Assembly (NCBI GenBank): GCA_964016885.1
Contig: OZ024757.1
Location: forward strand, 868,001 to 932,000
Length of the DNA: 64,000 nucleotides
Direction of reading: 5' to 3'
Source: Eledone cirrhosa
Lineage: Eukaryota
Shown: positions 23,660 to 36,522 of the stretch, in pieces
How positions within the stretch are numbered: position 1 is the first letter of the stretch
Layout of the letters: each line of letters starts with the position of its first letter
The notes under the pieces: model-generated
What the model saw: only the letters and a program-made list of their open reading frames with translations
Databases searched by the model: none
What the model was told of the DNA's origin: nothing
Position numbers and translations under genes: made by a program

Positions 23660-24630
23660 GACTCTGGTACACAAGAGATGTACAAGGTAAGTTAACTAAG
23701 AACGTAGGTTTTATATGTGGTCATTGTATTGGAACAGTAAACAGCAATCACTCTCAGGGGACAAGCTCTATGAAATTCTTTGAGGGTTCTATAGAACAGT
23801 TGACAGATTCTGTTACCTGGGTGACCTAATCAACAGTGAAGGTAGGTGTTCTGAAAGTACAGTAACCAGAGTAAGAAGGGGATGGCAAAGTTCAGGGTGC
23901 TACTACAGCAAATAGCTACATTTAGTAGTCTAAAGTATGCATACCCCCCCCCCCCCCCCCCCCACCCACCCACACACACACCATAACACTACCATTCCTT
24001 AACACCCCACCACCTTCCAGCTCAGTACCCCACACTGACCTACCTCTCCAATCCACACCCTACATACACACCCCAACACCATTTTCCACATCTGATGCAC
24101 CTCTCTTAACCAACCAATGTAGTCAAGTATAGAAAGCTTAACATGCTCTCCCACAATGCTGCTGAAATGGCTAAAAGCCCTCAGTCCACCCTCAGTCAGG
24201 TTGTCATACAGGTGTTATGACAAAACACCAGCTAACCTTCCCTGCAAGGTAGATGTGCTGGTGACATGACAAATAAGTAATCAGTCCACCCTGTGAGGTG
24301 GTCATGTTGGGGACATGACAGAAGGTACCCAGCTCATTTTGTAAAGTGGTCATGTTAGTGGCAAGACAGATGGCACCTGAACTGCCCTGACAAAGAGCAC
24401 CTACTCTGCCTTCTAAGGTGGTGGTGGTTGTTGTGATGGTGACACAACAATAGTACCCAGTCCACCCTATAGAGTGGTCATGTTAGTGACATGAGACAAC
24501 AATAACTGCACAGTCCACCTTGTAAATGTGGTTGGTGTTAGGAAGACCATCCAGCAATAGAAACCAAGGCAGAAATGGTCGTTTGATCTGACTTGTTTCA
24601 CAACAGGACGACTTGTCTGACCCATGCTAT
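23660..24630 (+). mobile_element. Degraded RTE 3' portion with internally repeated 3' UTR
   Basis: VDRFCYLGDLINSEGRCSESTVTRVRRGWQ; repeated CAGTCCACCCT...GTGGTCATGTT units (24180-24520); RTE tail at 24520-24630. Confidence 0.65.
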
Positions 24631-24972
24631 CGTATATATATTTATATATACATATTCATACATTCATATCTAAATATATGTATATAAACTTTCTTGGTCA
24701 TTCATGACAGAGTGAGGTCTTCAATGTATGTATATATATATGTATGTATGTATATATATATGTATGTATGTATATATATATGTATGTTTATATATACATA
24801 TATATATGTATGTTTATATATACATATATATATATATATTTATATATACATATATATATATGCATGTTTATATATACATATATATATAAGCAAAGTGATA
24901 TTTAATTTGTTGGTAATTCAACAGATATATTTATAACAGATTCAGAGCACTCGACTGGTTTTCTGGAGTATA

Positions 24973-25238
24973 ATATCAATGATGATAATAAATGGAAACT
25001 ATTTATAAAACCATATTTATTCTATTATATATATTTCAAGCCTACCAAAACTTTGGTACGCCCTCATCAGATAAAATACAAAGTTTGTTTTATAAATAGT
25101 GACATATCCAGGAATGAGACCTCAACGGTTCAAGTTCCGTCTGGAACTTGAACCGTTAAGGTCTGATTCTTGAAATATATATAATAGAATAAATATGGCT
25201 ATATAAATATAGCTTCCATTTATTAATATCATTGATAT
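24973..25238. repeat. Foldback element: imperfect ~68-bp outer arms, internal hairpin (25112-25169) and minus-strand hammerhead-like core
   Basis: ATATCAATG...TTTCAAG / CTTGAAA...CATTGATAT; AACGGTTCAAGTTCC-GTCT-GGAACTTGAACCGTT. Confidence 0.75.
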
Positions 25239-26345
25239 ATATATATAAAGAATCTCACTTTATTAACAAATACGGACCCCGTCTAAACACTTCTTCCTAA
25301 GACGAACACACAACATACACACGTTGACATACATACCTACATCAGCATACATCCTACATACATTTCTATCCACATATAAACACAATGACATACGTAAACA
25401 CACGTTCTATGGTGCAACGCAAATATACACAAATTCGCATACCTTTTGATGTTTATAGATATACACGTGCTGACATGCACACATACGCATACACACACAT
25501 GTATTGCACAATGATGGGTGCATACATATTTGTACACAAGTATCCCATACGGCAGGGCCTAATCGATTCCCCTTGCAGTACGTACAATCTGGACTCACAC
25601 ACAAGCCTTGTTGTTATGACAATACTATACATCATTTCACCTCTTTTATTATTGATGTTTTTTTGTGCTACACACACACACACATATATTTGTCTTAATA
25701 GACACCTGAACTGTTGACCTCTCAAAATGACTGCAACTCAATCAAGCGGAAAAGATCACTCTTCGACAAACAAACATTTGGTGCGAAACCAGCTCGCGCT
25801 AAAATCAATTTAAATATTCACGTGACTTCTACCGACCAATTAATATTGTTTTGACTACAAGAATTTTTGCAACACGAATTGGCGCGAATTTTATAGTGCT
25901 TATTCACGTGACATTCAACAACCAACCAAATTTTAATGCCTGCCAAGCCACTTTTTTTCACATAAAACAGGAAGAATTTCCAAAACTGATCAGATCAGAG
26001 CAAAAATCATGACCACTTTATCTTAAAATTAATGTTAAAAAGCATAAGAAATGCGCAACCGGTAAAAACTTAAAACTAAATACTAATTAATACTTATTCC
26101 GAATTAAACTATTTTTCACTGGGAAAAATTTGTCAGCATTTTTTTTTCCTTTTTACTAATATATCACAACTCGTGTGTCACACCTCTATTTTATATATAT
26201 ATATATATCAAAGACCCCCTTTGGCCGATACAGCTTGGCAATAAAGTGTCTTGCTCAAGGACACAACACATCACCTTTCGATCTAACCCCTAACGCATGT
26301 TTCTCAACATGTATTTATATATATATATATATATATAAAATATTT

Positions 26346-26609
26346 AAAAAATAATGAATAAAACAATGAAACAGTTCCTTATATTAAACAAAAAAAGTTC
26401 ATTATTTAACGATCGTTTCTAGGACATATATGTGTTAGAATTGGCATGCATATTCAAAAGATCTATGTACAAAATTATACAAACTATCAAAGAGATTATA
26501 CATACCATCACATATATATGCTGTCTTTTTCTGAAGAAACGATCGTTAAATAATGAACTTTTTTTGTTTAATATAAGGAACTGTTTCATTGTTTTATTCA
26601 TTATTTTTT
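26346..26609. repeat. Inverted repeat, 75-bp arms (26346-26420 / 26535-26609), 114-bp spacer
   Basis: Arms read as exact reverse complements by eye. Confidence 0.9.
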
Positions 26610-26751
26610 TTATATTTTATCTTGACTCTGTATTCCGTTTATCTTTCACCGAAAGTGATTTTTGAATGCATCTCTTCTTTCCATGATATCCAGAATACAT
26701 TGAGTTCTTCATACGGATTGGACACTACCGTAAACTTTTGGTAGATTTATC

Positions 26752-26785
<34 letters not shown>

Positions 26786-26809
26786 CACACCTGTGCATCT
26801 TCTGACGGT

Positions 26810-27006
26810 CTCCCACCGTATTCCGAAGTCTAAACAAAAAACAAAGCTGTAAAAGATAATTTAGCTGCTATTTCTAGCAGTGTGAGATGCTACGTAGAGG
26901 TTTCTTCATCGATGTTTAACTGAGTGATACTTTTCGATTTATCATCAATTAGATACGATTGGAAATGTGTTTAAATTATAAAAGGGACTTTTAACGTACG
27001 ACACCT
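26810..27006 (+). promoter_or_regulatory. Inferred promoter / non-coding exon 1 of ZNF gene B; donor at 27007
   Basis: Paralogous to 13480-13757; followed by a ~215-bp block nearly identical to 13920-14135. Confidence 0.55.
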
Positions 27007-27746
27007 GTAAGAAAGTTGAAACTTTGTCAACTCCACCTCGTACCTGATGTCTTCATTACAACTTTAATTAGTCTAATTATATCTTGTGTAACAATTATAT
27101 ATTTATATACACACACATAATTTTTTTTCCCTGACATCAGTCTTACACTGTCATATCTATTCTTACTTTACAATTGTGTCTACTAAGAGTTCCATTATAA
27201 TCTGTAGTAGAAAAACGACTATTTCACCAGAATATCTGCTATCAGTCATTTGTAGACAATATATATATTTAAACCACATATCAACCTAATATATACATAT
27301 TTCCTATCAAATCTCTGGCTAAAGACATAAAGTCGGCCTCACTACTTTATTCTGACAAGATATCAATTCTTGACTAAATATGAAGAAGTTACACCAACGT
27401 TGATGTCCTGAAATAAAGCTGATAACATCTTTGAAATTTCGAATTTAACAACAAAGAGATTATTTCTTTTGTTGTTTGGGAAAAAAACTAACAACACAAC
27501 ACATTGATTATATGTGAAGGAGGTAAGTTGACAAAGATTCATTTGAAGTCTATATTAATGTATGTAAAAAATAGAATTATGTGAACCTTTCAACGATACA
27601 GTAATTATATAACAACATTGGGAGAAGATATTTCAACCTCGTCATTTTATATATAGAGAAAAATACTTCCAAACTGAAATGGGTTATTTTTCAATAGACA
27701 GATTCCACTGTTACATGTAATATAAAATATATTGTTATCATGACTG

Positions 27747-28390
27747 TCTTTATTATTTCAATTACCTCCGTCTATTTATTGTTATTTACTACCTTATATT
27801 CTAAAATATATTTTATATTTAACTGTACCTCGTTGTTAGAAGTAAATTAAAGATATCTTTATTATTTCAATTACCTCCGTCTATTTATATTATTTACTAC
27901 CTTATATTATAAAATATATTTTATATTTAGCTGTACCTCGTTGTTAGAAGTAAATTAAAGATATCTTTATTATTTCAATTACCTCTGTCTATTTAATTAT
28001 GTTATTTACTACCTTATATTATAAAATATATTTTATATTTAACTGTACCTCGTTGTTAGAAGTAAATTAAAGATATCTTTATGATTTCAATTACCTCTGT
28101 CTATTTATATTATGTTATTTACTACCTTATTTACGAGGTCGATAAAATAAAGTAGCAGTAATGCACTGAGTAATTGATGGCCTTGTGCCAAAAGTAGAAA
28201 CAGTTATTTACTACCTTATATTATAAAATATATTTTATATTTAACTGTACCTCGTTGTTTGAAGTAAATTAAAGATATCTTTATTATTTCAATTACCTCT
28301 GTCTATTTAATTATGTTATTTACTACCTTATATTATAAAATATATTTTATATTTAACTGTACCTCGCTGTTTGACGTAAATTAAAGTTAT
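27747..28390. repeat. AT-rich ~108-113-bp tandem repeat (about 5 copies)
   Basis: Unit TCTTTATTATTTCAATTACCTC...GTACCTCGTTGTTAGAAGTAAATTAAAGATA. Confidence 0.9.
28131..28202 (+). mobile_element. SINE 3' fragment within the tandem repeat, flanked by a 17-bp direct repeat
   Basis: GTTATTTACTACCTTAT at 28114-28130 and 28203-28219; related copy at ~28478-28538 (GGCCTTGTGCCAAAAGTAGAAAC). Confidence 0.65.
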
Positions 28391-29010
28391 CGTGGTTTTA
28401 GTCTAAATCTCTTTCAAATTAATTCTCTTCGTCTACTTATGGTTGAAACTTATTTAAACGTGGGTTTCGTTTCATTGACTAAAGTACCAGTAATACACTG
28501 TGATAATTGCTGGCCTTGTGCCAAAAGTAGAAACAATTATGACTATGTCGGGAATAGCCAGCCAAGTAGTGATTCTGTATCTATATCAGGGGGCTGCTTT
28601 GATGGTGAAGGGACATTTGTTGGTGGCTGTACATAATAGAGTTCTAATAGAGTTAGCTGAAACACCGTCTGATACATGTCTTGTGGACACGATCATATAT
28701 ATGTAAGTCCTGGGGTACTCTATGTAATATATGTGTAGTAGCTAGTAGTGCTACTTTCTGTTGTATATATATATATATATGTGTGTGTGTGTAAGTTGTG
28801 AGGTTTCTGTTATGTGTCTTTCTGTTTTGTTTTTATTCCCAGAGCAACTATTATTACGGGTATTGTTTCTGTTTTCACCATCCACGTTTGAATTATTTCT
28901 ACCTCAAGATCTTTATATTTAGATAATTTCTCCATTTCCTTAAGAGAGATATTATCGTCCAAGAAGATTGTTACGTTAATTAGAAGACATAATTATTTGT
29001 CTTTTTATCA

Positions 29011-29570
29011 CATATCATTCCTTGTTATATCACTACCAGTAGTCAATAACCTCTCATATCATTCCTTGTTATATCACTACCAGTAGTCAATAGCCTGTCA
29101 TATCATTCCTTGTTATATCACTACCAGTAGTCAATAACCTCTCATATCATTCCTTGTTATATCACTACCAGTAGTCAATAGCCTGTCATATCATTCCTTG
29201 TTATATCACTACCAGTAGTCAATAACCTCTCATATCATTCCTTGTTATATCACTACCAGTAGTCAATAGCCTGTCATATTATTCCTTGTTATATCACTAC
29301 CAGTAGTCAATAGCATGTCATATCATTCCTTGTTATATCACTACCAGTAGTCAATAGCCTGTCATATCATTCCTTGTTATATCACTACCCGTAGTCAATA
29401 ACCTCTCATATCATTCCTTGTTATATCACTACCAGTAGTCAATAGCCTGTCATATCATTCCTTGTTATATCACTACCAGTAGTCAATAGCCTGTCATATC
29501 ATTCCTTGTTATATCATTACCAGTAGTCAATAACCTCTCATATCATTCCTTGTTATTTCACTACTACTAC
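29011..29570. repeat. 44-bp minisatellite CATATCATTCCTTGTTATATCACTACCAGTAGTCAATA(ACCTCT/GCCTGT), about 12.5 copies
   Basis: Exact 44-bp period; two interspersed variants. Confidence 0.96.
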
Positions 29571-29909
29571 TATTCATGATACATATGCCAGCTGACATTA
29601 CTACAGGATAGTTATACATGCCCACTGACATATCCCAATCATTACATAACTGTAACTATGATTGTGTAAGAATCTGATAATGTCACATGAATAACCATGT
29701 CACAGAAATATATATCATGCAATAAACAATTATGGTGAATTAATCCCATCTTAACTACTCTTATTTGATAAATCATTACTCCGTCTCTCCTAATTACCAA
29801 CACCTACCTGGGATAAACTACTGATGTGAAGTGCTTTTGGATCACTAGGACCAGCCTATTCTCAAGAGGTTACGGTATATCAACTGCTTATAAGAAACCT
29901 ATCATCTCA

Positions 29910-32900
29910 ATCATCATCATTGTTTAACATCTATCTTCCACGCTAGCATGGGTTTAGACGGGAATTGTCCCACTTGAGGCAAGATTGGTCAGGTCAACGT
30001 GTCTCGCTCTTATAGGAAGGTCTGGCTGGTTTTCTACAGCTGGATGCCCTTCCTAACACCAACAACGTTTACAGTGTGGACTGCCAGGTTTCTGCCGTGT
30101 TACCTACACAGCCACATTACAGTGTGGACTGTGTTTTTGTAGTGACACTTACATGATCTCGATCTCATTATCTCATTTATTTGGACTGTATGTTGTGGTA
30201 CCAACATAACTTTATAGAGAAAGGGGGGTAGTGGAATGGGGGTGTATATTTGGTTAAAAGGTGCCTACTGACTGTAGGTTTTGCTTTGTACATAGGCAAG
30301 GCGGGTCTTCTGTATTACTATATAGCGCTAAAGATCTCGGTTCAGTGACATTGTCTTAGAGAGGTGTAAATGTGTAAGGTCGGAATTTATCAAATCGTAC
30401 CAGGTTTTTCTGGGTCTACCTACTCCGTAACTTCCATCAATTCTGATCACCCTGCACTTTTTTATACTGCTGTCGTCTTTCATGCACATCACATGACGAT
30501 ACCAACATAGTCTTCTCTCGAGTAAACAGCATCTGATCCCTCTTATTCCCAATTTCTCACTTAGTTCATTTATCCTTTGTCGTTCGCGTATATTACTATT
30601 ACACATCCAACGGGGCATACATGCTTCATTCCTCTCCAGTCTGCGCAGGTCCTCTGCACACCGTGCCCATGTCTCACTGCCATGTAACATTGCTGTTCGT
30701 ATGCAGGCATCATAAAATCTGCCTTTCATTTTTAGAGAGAAACCTTTAGTGGCCAATAGTGGTATAAGCTCTCTGAACTTTTTCCATCCCGTTCTGACTC
30801 TGGCTACTGTACTTTCAGAGCACCCTCCACCACTGCTGATTTTGTCACCCAGGTAACGGAAGGTGACCACTATTTCTATAGAACCATCTGGGCAATAGAA
30901 GGAGCTAGTGTCCTGTGGGCACTTGCTACTTATTGCACCTGAGCATCAGCCACATATAAAATCTACATTCTTAGATAGCTTACCTGTGATCCCACTACAT
31001 CTTTTATGTACTCATAGTTTGCATTTGGGACATAAAATGGAATTTCTGTCTACTCCTTTCCTACACACTGAGCATGGCTATTTCCCAGAGGGAACCTGTG
31101 CCCTATTTTCCTTTCTACATACTAGAACTTTAGTCTTAGACAAGTTAACTTTAAGGCCTTTTCATTCTAGGCCATGCTTCCATGTTTGGAATTTCTTCTC
31201 TAGTTCACCCATCGATTCTGCTATGAGAGTTAGATCATCTGCATATAGAAGTTCCCATTGGCAGCGAGTCTTGAACTCCTCTGTTATAGCCTGAACGGCA
31301 ATAATAAATGGGAGGGGGCTAAAGACAGAGCCTTAATGAACACCAACTTTTACGCTAAATTCTTCACTATATTCATTAATTCTAACCTTGCTAACTGTTT
31401 CTTTATACATGGCATGTATAGCTCTCACAAACCATTCATCAACACCTAGTCTTCTAAGAGCCCACCAGATAATGGAGAGGGGGACTCTGTTAAAGGCTTT
31501 CTCCAAGTCAACAAAAGCTAAGTATAGGGGTTTACTTTTAGCTAGGTAACTTTTGTAGTTGTTGTACAAGGAAAAGAGCATCTGTGGTACTTTTACCTGA
31601 CACAAACCCAAACTGCATTTCCTCTAGATCAATTCGCTCTCTGATTAGTTTTGCTATAACTCTTTCTGTGACCTTCATGACCTGGTCAACTAATTTAATG
31701 CCTCTATAGTTTCCCCTATCTAGGGCATCTCCTTTACCCTTGTAGCAGTTAATGATGATGCTGCTACGCCAGTCATTTGGTATGATCCCATTCTGTATGA
31801 CTTGGTCTACTATCCGGGTGACCATAGTGTGTCCCACCATTCCAGATGCTTTGAGCATTTCAGCAACTATCTCCGAAGGCCCAGCTGCCTTGCCTGTCTT
31901 CATATCTTTGATTGCCTTACTTATTATACTACCTTTAACTTGCACTGCTGGTCCCTCTATTGGATCGATTTGGGGCAGACTATCTTTCTCCCATTTATTC
32001 TACTCACTTAGTAGCCTCTCGTAGTGACACTTCCAAGCTACTTTCTTATCAGCATCAGTGATGGCAAGTACACCATCATCATTATGCTCACACTTTTCCC
32101 CGACAATATCACGGTTTTCCTTGACACATTGCCTAGCAATCCTGAACACCTCACGTTTTTGGTCCTCGCGTTGTAGAACATGCTCGAACTTTCTGTCCTC
32201 TGCTTCCCTTCTTGCAAAGTACATGTGTCTCCTAGCTTCTCTCCTGGCCACTTGATAGTGTTCTCTACTTCCCCCATCCCGCTATACTTTCCAAGCCTGC
32301 TTTTTGGCCTTGATTGACTCCTCTACCTTACTGTTCCACCACCACGTTAATCTCCTCCTGCCTATAGGTCTGCTCTAGCTACTGATCTCATCTTTTGCCT
32401 TCAGCAGGTTAACTTTCAGGAATTCCCCTATTCCTCTATATTGTATGTCTCTAATTGCTCTTCCTTACTGTCAAAAGCATCAAGTAATATGCTTTTAAAT
32501 TTGTTACTGGCTGAGGGGTCCTTCAACTTCCATATTCTTCTCCTCAAGGTATTCTTTTATTGTTGAGTATGTCTAGTCCTGACTATGAGGCTATGTTGGG
32601 AGGTGCATTCTTCACGGGGGAGGGGTTTTTACAATAGACACTCTGTCACGTCTTCTGGTAAGGATATAATCTATCTGACTGGCGTGTTCCCCTGATCTAT
32701 AGGTGATCAAGTGATTCTCATTTTTTGAAGTTTGTGTTACAGAATTCCACGATTCTGAAGCCTTCCTCATTTCTAGTACCAAACCCATAGCCACCACGGA
32801 TTCTGTCATAGCCGTCACAATGTTGTCCAACATGACTATTTAAGTCGCCAGCAATAATTATGTAGTCACTGTCAGTTATTTGGGAGGTAGTGAGCATTAG

Positions 32901-33360
32901 CGACTCATTGAATCTTTTATAATGCCAGGTAGTTCTATTTAGGACTAGTCTTATTTTAATTATTCTGTTATTCACTCTATTTACGTCAATTACCTTATCT
33001 ACCCATTTTTCAGCTAACATAATTCCTACTCCACCCAGCCCATTGTCATTTCCCACCCAAAAGTTTATAGCATTGTATTTTACCCACAATAAATCTAGCA
33101 GACCCACCCCTCCACCTGGTCTCTTGGACACAACACACATCAACTTCCTCATGTTGAAGCATCCCTACAACCTCGTTAGAGAGCTTTTTAAGTGGCTACA
33201 TTCATAGTACCAACTCTGAAATTTTGGAATTCGTTGGGTGGGTGGAAGGGACGGGTTGGTGGTGCAAGGAGGGGTGAGGGAGATGAGGTTATGTTCAGCC
33301 ATCCGTGTCTGAAATAGAGAGGAGTCCTTGCATTCTCGTCCGGCAACATTTATCTTTATC
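29910..33360 (-). mobile_element. Near-full-length but frameshifted RTE-clade LINE (APE endonuclease + RT), antisense in the inferred intron of gene B
   Basis: APE: VDVCCVQETRW, IIAGDLNSHVG, SQIDYIL; RT: GKAAGPS, NYRGIKL, QFGF, FVDLEKAF, LLYADDL, FRYLG, MLHGSETW, GRPRKTW; (GAT)n tail. Confidence 0.92.
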
Positions 33361-33427
33361 TTTGACATAGAGTGTCCAGATTCTACAAACTCTCCAATTC
33401 GTTTACCAATAAATATAGATCGATATT

Positions 33428-33530
33428 TATGGTGGTAGTGGTGGTGGTGGCGGTTGTGGTGGTGATGGTTGTGGAGGTGGTGGTTGTGGTGGTGGTTGTG
33501 GAGATGATGCTTGTGGTGATGATGGTTGAT
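33428..33530. repeat. Degenerate (GGT)n trinucleotide tract
   Basis: Direct reading. Confidence 0.9.
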
Positions 33531-33890
33531 ATGCTAGTCCATCTAGCCTATCAAAAGCAACCAAGTCTAAACTTAAGGAGTGATAGCCGAGGCAGTGGTT
33601 TTGTGGAAGAGATTGGTAAGAGAAACATAATTATAAGCCACTGAATTATGATTGGACCAAATAGTAATGGTGGCGTGGGGGGAGTTAACGAGAAGATTAT
33701 TTTTATAAAGGACCTACAGATTCGACCATCATTATGAAAAGTTAAAGGGACAATATAAATACTGATAGGTAAATTAGACCAAGAAAGATGGAGAGACAAG
33801 GAAATGAAGTGAAATACATTACATTTCTCAAAACAACAATTCGGCAACAGTAAGATTCGACAAATTCTGATTCATAACTCTCGACAGGTT

Positions 33891-33936
<46 letters not shown>

Positions 33937-34119
33937 CATTATTCTACAGAGTACTCAATACTTGAGATAGTAGAGCATGACAACTGCGCTGACAGCTTGC
34001 CATTGGAACAGCTAGTTCCATATATATATGTATATATATATATTATTGAAAGCCTATTGTGAACTACTGATGAGATTTGTGGCTGGAGCAATGCACCAGA
34101 CTGACAGACATTGACAAAT

Positions 34120-36005
34120 GTATATATGTCTATATATAGACATTACACAAGGTTGTATAATGTAACATATGTATATATATGTCTATATATAGACATTACA
34201 CAAGGTTGAATAATGTAACATGTGTATATATATGTCTATATATATATAGACATTACACAAGGTTGAATAATGTAACATGTGTATATATATGTCTATATAT
34301 ATATAGACATTACACAAGGTTGAATAATGTAACATGTGTATATATATGTCTATATATATATAGACATTACACAAGGTTGTATAATGTAACAAATGTATAT
34401 ATATGTCTATATATATATAGGCATTACACAAGGTTGTATAATGTAACATATGTATATATATGTCTATATATATAGGCATTACACAAGGTTGTATAATGTA
34501 ACATATGTATATATATGTCTATATATATAGACATTACACAAGGTTGTATAATGTAACATATGTATATATATGTCTATATATATAGACATTACACAAGGTT
34601 GTATAATGTAACATATGTATATATATGTCTATATATATATAGACATTACACAAGGTTGAATAATGTAACATGTGTATATATATGTCTATATATATAGACA
34701 TTACACAAGGTTGTATAATGTAACATGTGTATATATATGTCTATATATATATAGACATTACACAAGGTTGTATAATGTAACATATGTATATATATGTCTA
34801 TATATATATAGACATTACACAAGGTTGTATAATGTAACATATGTATATATATGTCTATATATATATATAGACATTACACAAGGTTGTATAATGTAACATA
34901 TGTATATATATGTCTATATATAGACATTACACAAGGTTGTATAATGTAACATATGTATATATATGTCTATATATAGACATTACACAAGGTTGTATAATGT
35001 AACATATGTATATATATGTCTATATATATAGACATTACACAAGGTTGTATAATGTAACATATGTATATATATGTCTATATATAGACATTACACAAGGTTG
35101 TATAATGTAACATATGTATATATATGTCTATATATATATAGACATTACACAAGGTTGTATAATGTAACATATGTATATATATGTCTATATATAGACATTA
35201 CACAAGGTTGTATAATGTAACATATGTATATATATGTCTATATATATAGACATTACACAAGGTTGTATAATGTAACATATGTATATATATGTCTATATAT
35301 ATAGACATTACACAAGGTTGTATAATGTAATAGACATATGTATATATGTCTATATATATAGACATTACACAAGGTTGTATAATGTAACATATGTATATAT
35401 ATGTCTATATATAGACATTACACAAGGTTGTATAATGTAACATATGTATATATATGTTTCTATATAGACATTACACAAGGTTGTATAATGTAATATTGAC
35501 ATATGTATATATATGTCTGTATATATAGACATGACACAAGGTTATATAATGTAACATGTACATATATGTCTATATATATAGACATTACATAAGGTTGTAT
35601 AATGTAATATTGACATGTATATATATGTCTGTATATATAGACATTACACAAGGTTGTATAATGTAACATGTATATATGTCTATATATATATAGACATTAC
35701 ACAAGGTTGTATAATGTAAAATTGACATATGTATATATATGTATGTATATATAGACATCACACAAGGTTGTATAATGTAATATTAAGATATGTATATACA
35801 TGTCTGTATATATAGACATCACACAAGGTTGTATAATGTAACATATATATATTTATGTCTATATATATAGACATTACACAAGGTTATAAAATGTAATATA
35901 TATATGTCTGTATATATAGACATTACACAAGGTTGTACAATGTAATATTGACATATGTATATATGTCTGTATATATAGATATCATACAAGGTTGTATGAT
36001 TTAAT
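34120..36005. repeat. ~53-61-bp minisatellite AGACATTACACAAGGTTGTATAATGTAACATATGTATATATATGTC(TA)n, roughly 30 copies
   Basis: Constant core with variable (TA)n; more diverged toward the 3' end. Confidence 0.96.
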
Positions 36006-36522
36006 ATTGATAACAAATTAAAAAACTAAAGTAAGTTGATTTTTCAATTAAAGGTCTATATCTAGAGATTATTGATATAAAAGTCTAAAATTTTCTCTAA
36101 TAAATCTATCTCTAGTATTTAAGTATTCTCTATTATCTCATACTGTTTCTTTCTTATTTCAGAATACCAGATGACATTGGGATAAATTTTTAAACATTGG
36201 ATACATCTTCAACATTTATCATCAAAGACTAAAGTGTTTTATACACCACTGATATAACACTGTTTATATAATTTTATGACTGACTTACCGTAAAATATTT
36301 CATCAGAAGTGAGTTTATTGGCAAATGTTCGTTTCTTCACTATCTCGAATGAAGATTTTGTATTTTAATTAAACTTGGATGACAAAGAAGATTTCATAAT
36401 CTTCAGATATTAACTGAGATCAAAGTTGATAGAAATATAGAATCAGACAATATTTCTAGAAATATAATATAAATATAACACAAGAAAAACATCTATATAC
36501 TTTGGTGAGAAGAAGAAACATT

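Noticed and set aside
25240-26190. Possible non-autonomous DNA element with two CACGTG motifs
   Set aside because: Looks repeat-like, but I could not define termini, TSD or family from the sequence alone.
29011-29570. CRISPR-like appearance of regular repeats (also 34120-36005, 63801-64000)
   Set aside because: No unique spacers, no cas genes, eukaryotic context.
33372-33644. Poly-Val 'membrane protein' ORF; similar YI/HT-rich ORFs at 12339-12881, 24694 and 34179-36016
   Set aside because: Translations of microsatellites and minisatellites.
34040-34115. CTGATGAG followed by a weak hairpin
   Set aside because: No downstream GAAA or stem I; at best a truncated relic.
36502-36522. ORF-track start of ZNF-B
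   Set aside because: TTG codon; the paralog alignment supports the ATG at 36523.
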